DNA of 30,388 nt from a bacterium. GTDB taxonomy: Archaea > Thermoplasmatota > Thermoplasmata > Lutacidiplasmatales > UBA184. The notes beneath the pieces are model-generated. The model searched no databases, had not been told where the DNA came from, and saw only the letters and a list, made by a program, of their open reading frames with translations. The stretch lies in contig JAKBKR010000001.1 of the NCBI GenBank assembly GCA_021832495.1, forward strand, positions 1 to 30,388, written 5' to 3'. Position 1 is the stretch's first letter; the number at the start of each line of letters is the position of its first letter. This document shows, piece after piece, positions 22,914 to 30,388 of this stretch. The position numbers were made by a program, and so were the translations under genes.

Positions 22914-24113
22914 ATGTTTGGACTATCGCTCCTACAGGAGGTGTTGTTCACCGCGCTGGTTCTGCTCCTCTTCTTCACGTTGTTTGCTGGCATCCTTCGA
23001 CGCGCGTGGGCCTTTCCGGCTATATTCTGCTCCTTGCTTCTCGTCGTCATGATTTTTTTCGATCTTTTCCCGGGGGTTCTGGGGTACGTAATCGAGGGAC
23101 AGCCCGGCCAGAACTCGGTTTACCTAAGGTTCGACATCCTGTTGATCGCCTTTGCGGTCCTCGCCTACGCCTACGCCACCCGGGAGTACAAGCACCACCA
23201 GGAGTTCGCCGGCCATGTCCGGTCCCAAGCCCTCGCTCTTGCAGAACTTATGCTGGAGGCCCAGAGCAAGGTCCCGTCCGGAATGACCCGGGTGGTCATC
23301 CTTATCACCGCACGGAACGAGGCCGAGTCTATCGGTGAGGTCTTGGCCGCCTTGCCGACCCAGGTCGGAAACCTTGAGTTCAAGACCTTGGTTGTGGACG
23401 ATGGATCCTCGGATGCGACCCCCCTCATCGCACGGGAGGCGGGAGCGCTCGTTGTGCGCCACGGCACCTCTCTCGGAGTTGGTGCCCCTCTTACCACGGG
23501 CTTCGTCGCAGCCATGCAACTCAATTGTCAATACCTCATCCACATAGATGCCGACGGCCAGCACAACCCGGACGACCTCATGCGGATCCTTGCCCCGCTC
23601 ATCGAGGGCCGGGCAGACATGATCATCGGATCTCGGTTCCGGGAGATCCGCCCGACCCATCTTTCCGCCACGCGGTCGATAGGCATACGGCTCTACACCC
23701 GGCTGGTGAACTTTCTCACCGGGTACACCATCACCGATGCGACATCTGGATACTGGGGAATCCGGGCCGAGAGGATCCCGGACATCAGCTTCCACGCGGA
23801 ATACAACTTTGCGGTGGAGATGCTTCTCCGGGCGGGGAAGAACAAGGTCAGGCTCGACGAGGTCCCCGTGGTCCAACTACCGCGTTTGGGTGGGCACTCC
23901 CAATTCCACAGCATCTCCTTGTTCCTGCTCTACCATCCCCGTGCCGTGGCACAGATCATCTCGGCGTACACCCGGCCCGGACCGAAGTTCCCGATATTTC
24001 CTCGGGTATCCAAGTCGGACCCTCTCCCAAGAAGGGGCGAGAGGGTCACACCCCCCCACCTGCTTGAGACCCGAGTCCGGGGCGATGCGCATTCCGATCC
24101 TGCGGAGAAGTAG
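22914..24113 (+). CDS. DUF2304-like membrane domain fused to a GT2 (DPM1-like polyprenol-phosphate) glycosyltransferase
   Basis: N-terminal TM domain (FDLFPGVLG...HVRSQAL); GT2 motifs ARNEAESI, VVDDGSSD, HIDADGQHNP, IIGSRF, TDATSGY. Confidence 0.85.
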   Translation: MFGLSLLQEVLFTALVLLLFFTLFAGILRRAWAFPAIFCSLLLVVMIFFDLFPGVLGYVIEGQPGQNSVYLRFDILLIAFAVLAYAYATREYKHHQEFAGHVRSQALALAELMLEAQSKVPSGMTRVVILITARNEAESIGEVLAALPTQVGNLEFKTLVVDDGSSDATPLIAREAGALVVRHGTSLGVGAPLTTGFVAAMQLNCQYLIHIDADGQHNPDDLMRILAPLIEGRADMIIGSRFREIRPTHLSATRSIGIRLYTRLVNFLTGYTITDATSGYWGIRAERIPDISFHAEYNFAVEMLLRAGKNKVRLDEVPVVQLPRLGGHSQFHSISLFLLYHPRAVAQIISAYTRPGPKFPIFPRVSKSDPLPRRGERVTPPHLLETRVRGDAHSDPAEK

Positions 24114-24124
24114 ACCCCTACCGT

Positions 24125-24982
24125 TCACGCGTGGGCAGAGGGGCTGGGTACCTTTTGGGCCAGGTATCGGACGTTAAGCCACAGTCCAAGGCAGGCGGGC
24201 CTTCCGGCCACGAGGTTCCGGCGGAAAGGGTGCAACGGAGGGAGGGACGAAGGATCCCCTTCGAATTCTTGGACATCGAGGACGATCCCTTCCCCCTTGC
24301 TGACCGCCGAGCGCACGGACGTGTCATCGAGACCGAACATGTTGTTCACCGCCTCTCCTGTGCGGACCTTCTTAAGGGCAGCCAGTACCCGCTCTCGCCA
24401 AACGGAGGGAAGAGGTTCCAGAAGCAGGTTGTCCAGAACCACTTGGAAGACGGCGACTCCTCCCGGGCGCAACACGCGTAGAAACTCCGAGATGTAGTCC
24501 AGGCCGTGAGGATAGGGGATGTGTTGCAGAACCATGTCCGAATAGACCAAGTCGAATGTGGAGGTCTCGAACACGGAGAGGTCTCCTCCCTGGACTACCG
24601 TGAACCGGCAGTTGGAGTTGGTCGGAAGCAGCCGCCGGGAGATCTCAACCATGGCAGGGGCGTGGTCCACACCGTCGACATGCCGGAAATAAGGGGAGAG
24701 ACCCTGGGTCAACCTTCCGGCTCCGCAACCAAAATCCAGAGCCCGATCTTTCCGAAGGGGAAGGCCCCTTTGACCCAGATACTGCATCACTCCCTGAATC
24801 TCACGCCGTCCCAGGTCCAAGAAGTCCTCCTTGGACCAATGCTTGCGGTCTCGCAGCGTTCCCCGGAGAACATAGTAGAGGGGATCCTCTTTCCCCCGTT
24901 GGTCCCAGAGAGCCTGCATTTTCGACAGGTCGGTCGGAGATCCGGCAGGGCGGCTTCGCAAATCCTCCACCGTGTCCATCAT
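24125..24982 (-). CDS. Class I SAM-dependent methyltransferase (Methyltransf_11/25-like)
   Basis: ALDFGCGAGRL, VDGVD, FDLVYSDMVLQHIP, EFLRVLRPGG; start chosen at MMDT (24982). Confidence 0.88.
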   Translation of the reverse strand: MMDTVEDLRSRPAGSPTDLSKMQALWDQRGKEDPLYYVLRGTLRDRKHWSKEDFLDLGRREIQGVMQYLGQRGLPLRKDRALDFGCGAGRLTQGLSPYFRHVDGVDHAPAMVEISRRLLPTNSNCRFTVVQGGDLSVFETSTFDLVYSDMVLQHIPYPHGLDYISEFLRVLRPGGVAVFQVVLDNLLLEPLPSVWRERVLAALKKVRTGEAVNNMFGLDDTSVRSAVSKGEGIVLDVQEFEGDPSSLPPLHPFRRNLVAGRPACLGLWLNVRYLAQKVPSPSAHA

Positions 24983-25478
24983 CGATTTCCCTGCGTTCGT
25001 CTCTCTCCGAAAGGGGAACCTTCCAAGTCCCGATTGGGTCATCCTCCAGGGGTAGAAAGGGTACTCCCCATTTGACGCGAGGAGGACCGGTGCCCTCATA
25101 CCCCTGGGTGGGTCTCACAAGGGTCACCCCGGGAGTAGGGCGCGGGAATGCCGGAGGTACATCGGGGAGACAGGCCTTATCTATGGGTGGGGTTTGGAAA
25201 CTTCTGTGGTGAGAATTAGGCATCGGTCCACCTTGCTCTCGAGAGAAACGAACCCGACGACCCCGGCAAGGCCTGTCTTTACCATCGAATGGACCGACAA
25301 AGGGGTGGACCGGTCCTTGAGAGCCCAAGTAAATCCCAACCGGCGTGGGTGGAATCGGGTGCCCGTCTTGGGAGAATCCCCGCATTTCCGTACTTCCGGA
25401 AAGGGTGGACGCACAGGCACGAGGCTCGTTGATGGGAATGCATCCCTCCAGATCCCTCGGGCACGGTGACCCCAGTCG

Positions 25479-27917
25479 ATGGACCCGCTCTTCCGATCGA
25501 TCTGTAAGGGAGGGGTGCTTGTTGGCGTTCTCTTGGTGACGGGGTGGGTACTCGCAGGCGCTCCGGGCGCGATAGGAGTTGCCGTCTATCTGTTCGCCGT
25601 GCTTCTTCCGGGAGTTATCCTCTATGCCATCCTCCTCCACCGCCTTGGGGGAGAGAGATCGCACCTCGTCGAGACCGTGTTCTACGCCAACCTGCTAGGT
25701 CTCGGCCTCGCGATCGGAACCGGTTGGGCCCTCGCCAAGTACGGACTTTTCTCCCCGTTAGCGACCTTCCTTCTCGAAGCTGCCGCTGTGGGTCTGATCA
25801 GCGTTTGGGGATCTTCCTCGCTCCGGGCACTTTGGATAGAGCTGCGTGAGGGAAAGCTATCGACCCGCCCGGAGAGTATGGCGTACGTCGGGGTGGTCAC
25901 TGGCATCGCCGTTGCCATGTTGACCCCGGTCCTGCTCCTCCAAAGCCACGGTTACCTGGTCTCAGATGATACGGCGGTGTTCGCCCACTCGGCCAATGTG
26001 CTGCTGTCGACGGGAGATTGGACGAGGGCGGTTCAGATCTTTCCCGGGTTACCCGCTGTGGCGGCCAACACCGCGTTTGGAAACCCCGCCATCAGTGTAC
26101 TCTATGCCCTCTTTGCGGGAGCGGCCGGGATCAACGCAATCTTCGTAGCCGGACCGTTGTACCTGCTACTCCTCGTAGTGCCGACATTGGGGATGTACCT
26201 CTTGGTGAGCCGGTACACGAAGCATTCGCTCTTGGCCTACTCCCTGCCCCTTCTCTGGATGTTGGGGTTTTGGAATGATAAGTCGTTGTTCTTCAACAAC
26301 TCGCTGGTTGCCTCCTATTATGGCATCATCCCCGACGCCGTGTTGAGCCTGACCGGATATGTGGGAGTCCTCGTGTTGTTCACGGACCTGACGCGGGGGT
26401 CCGGCAGACAGTGGCGCGAGGTGGTCTTGCTCGGAGTCGCCCTTCTCCTTGGGATCCTCTCGGACCCGCTCACGTTCGTATTGTTAGCCGTCGCCCTCCC
26501 TCTTTTCGGGATTTGGGTACTGCACGCCCGTGGGTGGCGATGGTCGTTGCCACGATTTGCCGTTGCGCTGGCCCCCACCCTGCTCCTCCTGCCCCCATAT
26601 CTCATCCCAACGTACGCCGTGGGGGCCTCGAACGGACTGTCGGGTGGGATGCACCTCGGATGGGCCACCCTCGTCGAATTCTACTGGAGTACCTTGACGA
26701 ACTTCTACACGTCCTTGGACCTGATCGGGATTATCGTGTCGGTGTTCGCTGTCTTCAAGGTGCTTTGGTCCAAGGTCCCCTTCCGAGGAAGGAAGCCGTA
26801 CTCTTACCACGTGGAGGGCTTGCTTCCCCTCGGGCTTCTCACCGCGGCCGGGTTTTACTTTACCTTCAACCCGCTGCTTCCTGCCTTGCTGGGGGTGACC
26901 TTCGGCCGATTCTTCGAATACATCGGCATATCGATGGTTCCGTTGGTCGCCTTTGGCCTCGACAGGATGCTACGCCCCCGAGTCCCACGGCCCCGGCTCG
27001 GCAAGGTGGCAACCGCTCTGGTGGGGGTGCTCATCATCACCTGTGGGGTCGTCAATGTGCAGCAGAACCTGCAGAGCACCGGTCAGTTGACCGGATCGAA
27101 ATCCCTCTTCGACCCTCAGATGATGGCGGCGGCCGAGTGGTTGCGGACCAACGCCACTCCGGGAACCACCGTCATCGTGGACACGATGTCTGGGAACCAG
27201 GCCCCGCTCGCCATGCAGGATTTCGTGGACCTTACATTCATGTACCGTCCCCAGTATGACCTCCTGAGTTCTATCTACAATCCTCCCATCCCCGGTACCG
27301 GGAACCCGTACTTTTATCTCAACCAGGCCATCGAGTATCCCTCGAATGCCAACCTGACGGCGGCCTGGCGGGCGTTCGCGATGAAGTACTATGTCTATCA
27401 GGTCGGGTACTCGGACACGGAGATCCAGACCTTCTCCCATCTCCCCAACGTCCGTCTGGTCTATTCCAATCCGTCCATCGAAATCTTCGAGTATGTGGGA
27501 GGTGCGGCTCCCGGTTTCATCCCCGCCGTCGCTTATTCTTCGATCAGCCCCAACCTCTACACCGCCTACTTCAGCGGCGCCTATTCGGTGGGCTACGGTC
27601 TTCCTCATGTCCCCAATGTGGTGGAGTCCCTGAACACCGGCCCGTCAGTCAATGGGTCCACCATATCTTATGAGGTGCACAACATGACGGCCGGGAACTA
27701 CTCGTTCGTCGTGCACCGATACACGTTCCAGACCAGCGAGTACATCAAGGTCAGCGTTAACGGAGTGTATGTGGGCAACGTCTACCAGGCCACCTTGGGG
27801 CCCAACTTCAGTTCGTCCGTGGACTTCTTCCTCCCCAGTGGGAACAGCACGATCACGCTTACTCTCGAGGGCACGGTCGGGTACATGGATCCCATCGACT
27901 ACGTGGTGGTCTCGTAG
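25479..27917 (+). CDS. Large polytopic membrane protein, GT-C/STT3-like architecture
   Basis: 812 aa, more than 12 TM, acidic SDD after an N-terminal TM bundle, AAEWLRTNATPGTTVIVD, C-terminal extracellular beta-rich domain. Confidence 0.75.
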   Translation: MDPLFRSICKGGVLVGVLLVTGWVLAGAPGAIGVAVYLFAVLLPGVILYAILLHRLGGERSHLVETVFYANLLGLGLAIGTGWALAKYGLFSPLATFLLEAAAVGLISVWGSSSLRALWIELREGKLSTRPESMAYVGVVTGIAVAMLTPVLLLQSHGYLVSDDTAVFAHSANVLLSTGDWTRAVQIFPGLPAVAANTAFGNPAISVLYALFAGAAGINAIFVAGPLYLLLLVVPTLGMYLLVSRYTKHSLLAYSLPLLWMLGFWNDKSLFFNNSLVASYYGIIPDAVLSLTGYVGVLVLFTDLTRGSGRQWREVVLLGVALLLGILSDPLTFVLLAVALPLFGIWVLHARGWRWSLPRFAVALAPTLLLLPPYLIPTYAVGASNGLSGGMHLGWATLVEFYWSTLTNFYTSLDLIGIIVSVFAVFKVLWSKVPFRGRKPYSYHVEGLLPLGLLTAAGFYFTFNPLLPALLGVTFGRFFEYIGISMVPLVAFGLDRMLRPRVPRPRLGKVATALVGVLIITCGVVNVQQNLQSTGQLTGSKSLFDPQMMAAAEWLRTNATPGTTVIVDTMSGNQAPLAMQDFVDLTFMYRPQYDLLSSIYNPPIPGTGNPYFYLNQAIEYPSNANLTAAWRAFAMKYYVYQVGYSDTEIQTFSHLPNVRLVYSNPSIEIFEYVGGAAPGFIPAVAYSSISPNLYTAYFSGAYSVGYGLPHVPNVVESLNTGPSVNGSTISYEVHNMTAGNYSFVVHRYTFQTSEYIKVSVNGVYVGNVYQATLGPNFSSSVDFFLPSGNSTITLTLEGTVGYMDPIDYVVVS

Positions 27918-27944
27918 GGAGCCACCCACCGCCTCGCACAGGGT

Positions 27945-29039
27945 CTACCCGCCTGACTGAACTCGCACGGAGACCACATAGACCCTACGAGAGAGTCCAC
28001 GGTTGAGAAGCGACAGGAGGGACCAGGCGATGGCGAGGGCTCCGGGCCATCTGCGCATGAGGGTAGCGTACGGCAAGAAGGCCACGAGGGCACGGGCCAG
28101 CTGGGCGCGGGACGCCTGCTCGTCACGGGATGCCGATACCAGCCGGGAGAAGGCCTGTTCCCGCGAGACGAGCGAAAGAAGGGCGGGATTGCCTTGGGCC
28201 ATGGTCCGGATGATCTCCCACGAGGCGAGATCCCAGCGGTCGTTCTGCACCAGCTTCGCCCAGCTCTGGATTGTGCCTGTGCCCGAGGCCTGGGACATTC
28301 CTCCCCCGTGCACACGGTAGAGGGTCAGAGGCTCCCTTATGAAGAGCAATTGTCGACCAGAGACCGCGGCCGCATGCAGAAGGAAGGAATCCTCATTCGT
28401 TCGGATTGCGCGAAGTTCCGGAAGGACCGGCATCACCAACTCTCGCAACACCGATATCGCGCTATCGTTGAATCCGAGCGCTCTCCACCGGAGAACCCGT
28501 ACGAGTTCGGAGGGATGTGTGGCCTCAACTAGCTCGTCCCCTTTAGAAGACCTCCCAGAGGCCGCAAATCTGCCCCGAGTCTGGAGCCGGTCCCCCATGG
28601 CGGATATCCTCTGCACCCCGTTCCATACATAGACGAGGCCCGGGTGAGACTGGAAGGCGGACACGACGCGTGGGAGTTTCTTGGGCGTCCATTCATCATC
28701 GTCGTTGAGAAGACAGACCACCTTCCCCTCCGAGGTGCTGATACCAACGGCCAGCATCTCGCCGATCCCCATGTCCCCCACCCGAAGGAAGCGAAGACGG
28801 TGCTGGGGATATCTCTTCTTGAGCCCCTCCAACGTTTCGCCATGCTCTGGCACATTGGAGACCAGCAAGATCTCGTATCGGCTGGGTTCATACTCCTGGA
28901 GACACGCACTCTCGAGCGCTCTTTCTAAGAAGGCCGAACGGTTGTACGCCGTGACGAGCACCGTCGCGTTCCATGGGGGCTGGACCGCGTTCGGGGAAGG
29001 GCTTGCAGCCGCCGGGGGGCATTCCGCCCCTTTGTTCAT
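27945..29039 (-). CDS. Glycosyltransferase family 2 (GT-A)
   Basis: VLVTAYNRSAFLERALES, YEILLV, CLLNDDDEW, EDSFL, LTLYRVH. Confidence 0.9.
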   Translation of the reverse strand: MNKGAECPPAAASPSPNAVQPPWNATVLVTAYNRSAFLERALESACLQEYEPSRYEILLVSNVPEHGETLEGLKKRYPQHRLRFLRVGDMGIGEMLAVGISTSEGKVVCLLNDDDEWTPKKLPRVVSAFQSHPGLVYVWNGVQRISAMGDRLQTRGRFAASGRSSKGDELVEATHPSELVRVLRWRALGFNDSAISVLRELVMPVLPELRAIRTNEDSFLLHAAAVSGRQLLFIREPLTLYRVHGGGMSQASGTGTIQSWAKLVQNDRWDLASWEIIRTMAQGNPALLSLVSREQAFSRLVSASRDEQASRAQLARALVAFLPYATLMRRWPGALAIAWSLLSLLNRGLSRRVYVVSVRVQSGG

Positions 29040-29115
29040 GTCCTAGGGCGGGGCCGAAAGCCCCGACACCATCCCTCCTTTGGGAGTAGGTCTGACGAAA
29101 CACACCCGAGACCGA

Positions 29116-30297
29116 TCATTCTGTGTCCCCCGCCACCTCGGCATAGACCGACAGGGTGCCCTCGATCATTCGCTCCACACTGAACTCTCTCACACGCCGC
29201 CTCCCGCGATCGACCAGGGTGCGAGAAAGCGGAGGGTCGTCCAACAACCGCAGGATCCCGGAGGCGAGATCCTCGACGGAATCCCGGCGAACGACGATCC
29301 CGGAGTTTCCCACGAACTCGGGCATATCCAGCCAATCATTGACCACAACCGGGGTGCCGACGTGCATGGCCTGCATCACCGAAAGGCTGAAGCCGATACG
29401 GGACGGGTAGACCAGAGCACCGACCGACCGGAGCTTCGCGCCCAGTTCCTTCTCCGGCAAGAAGCCGCAGAACTTGATGGCTCCCTCGACCCCAAGCCTC
29501 CGAGCGAGCCTCTGCATCGTCTCGGTCTCTGCGCTCTTGCCGGCAAACCACAGGCGGGCCTTCGGATGCTCCGATAGGACCTTGGGCATCGCACGGATCA
29601 CAAGGTCTCCCCCGCGCGCCCAGGGATTCCAGCTACCGAGGAAGAGTAGGTCCTCCTCGACCCTCGTGACCGGGGTGGCAGTCTCCCCGAGGGAACCCAG
29701 TTCCTTTGGGTCCACACCAATGGGGACCACCCGCACGTTCTCTTCCGGAATGCCCAGATGGTCCACCAGATAATCCTTGGTGAACTGGTACGTGACGATT
29801 ACCCGGGCACTGCGCCGGGCGGAGACCGTGATGCACCATCGGAGGAACGTGTAGCGCACGGGATTCGCGCTCCAGAGATAGAACGGCATCACGTCATGGA
29901 TCGTGGTGACAAAGGGCGTGCGGCCCGTGATGGCGAGAGCCCGGCCCCCCACGGGGGAGACCGCGTGCCAGAGACGGGATCGCTTTCGAAAAAGCTTGGC
30001 CAGAATGGAGGGCTCCCCCATCAGGAGTTGCTCGATGTTGTTGGAGAAGGGGCCATTCTCCACGGTCTCGTAGGGTACGTTCCGGGCATCGTACTCCTGA
30101 GCCAAGTAGTGGAGGTACCGGTCGATCCCCCGGCCGGTGTCGGGTCGGGGTACATAAGGGTATCCCAGGATGGTCAACTTCGGCAAGTGCCGGGAGGGAT
30201 TCCTGCTCTCGATGCTTTCCATCGCATCCGCACACCCTCCTGAGGCGATATGAGCGTTCTGCTCAAAGGACCCATCGAGAGCGGAGGTCCCCGACAC
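29116..30297 (-). CDS. Glycosyltransferase family 4 (GT-B)
   Basis: GRGIDRY, TTIHD, VVPIGVD, CGFLPE, GTPVVV, FSVERM. Start GTG 30297 or ATG 30222. Confidence 0.88.
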   Translation of the reverse strand: MSGTSALDGSFEQNAHIASGGCADAMESIESRNPSRHLPKLTILGYPYVPRPDTGRGIDRYLHYLAQEYDARNVPYETVENGPFSNNIEQLLMGEPSILAKLFRKRSRLWHAVSPVGGRALAITGRTPFVTTIHDVMPFYLWSANPVRYTFLRWCITVSARRSARVIVTYQFTKDYLVDHLGIPEENVRVVPIGVDPKELGSLGETATPVTRVEEDLLFLGSWNPWARGGDLVIRAMPKVLSEHPKARLWFAGKSAETETMQRLARRLGVEGAIKFCGFLPEKELGAKLRSVGALVYPSRIGFSLSVMQAMHVGTPVVVNDWLDMPEFVGNSGIVVRRDSVEDLASGILRLLDDPPLSRTLVDRGRRRVREFSVERMIEGTLSVYAEVAGDTE

Positions 30298-30299
30298 GC

Positions 30300-30388
30300 C
30301 TACCTGCTCAGGGAACTTACCCGAGAGCCTTCCCTGGCCGCCCGGTAGAGTGACTGAATGATCTCGACAACGCGCATCCCGTCCCTCC
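30300..30388 (-). CDS. C-terminal fragment of an upstream gene, Gfo/Idh/MocA oxidoreductase-like
   Basis: The frame ending at TAG 30302-30300 reads DGMRVVEIIQSLYRAAREGSRVSSL, like the last helix of Gfo/Idh/MocA proteins; only 28 codons visible. Confidence 0.45.
   Translation of the reverse strand, partial: RDGMRVVEIIQSLYRAAREGSRVSSLSR

Noticed and set aside
1-30388. CRISPR arrays, transposases, integrases, rRNA
   Set aside because: No regularly spaced repeats, terminal inverted repeats with a transposase, recombinase motifs or rRNA-like sequence were seen.

Overview
GC-rich archaeal chromosomal window. A Thermoplasmata-like lineage is inferred from PolD, the exosome operon, Dph2, DUF835 and the Hjc-like family. 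The left two thirds are mostly core genes: a SAM methyltransferase, a DUF62 SAM hydrolase/halogenase-family gene, a stand-alone Lrp/AsnC domain, rrp4-rrp41-rrp42-rpl37ae, a fluoride riboswitch with crcB and DUF190, tRNA-Arg(UCG), polC (DP2), dph2, DUF131, an MFS transporter, a thioesterase, an M29-like protein, folP, a DUF35 OB protein, DUF835 and a thiolase-like gene. The right third (22.9-30.4 kb) is a surface-glycan cluster. The strongest candidate for an undescribed system is at 20.3-22.8 kb: an Hjc-like PD-(D/E)XK nuclease transcribed divergently from a winged-helix/MCM-like AAA+ ATPase with a deviant Walker B, followed by a Zn-ribbon protein. Several enzymes carry substituted catalytic motifs (DUF62 His->Glu, M29 metal ligands lost, thiolase Cys->Ser, GT4 EX7E lost). 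All family assignments are by motif recognition from memory; no database search was run.
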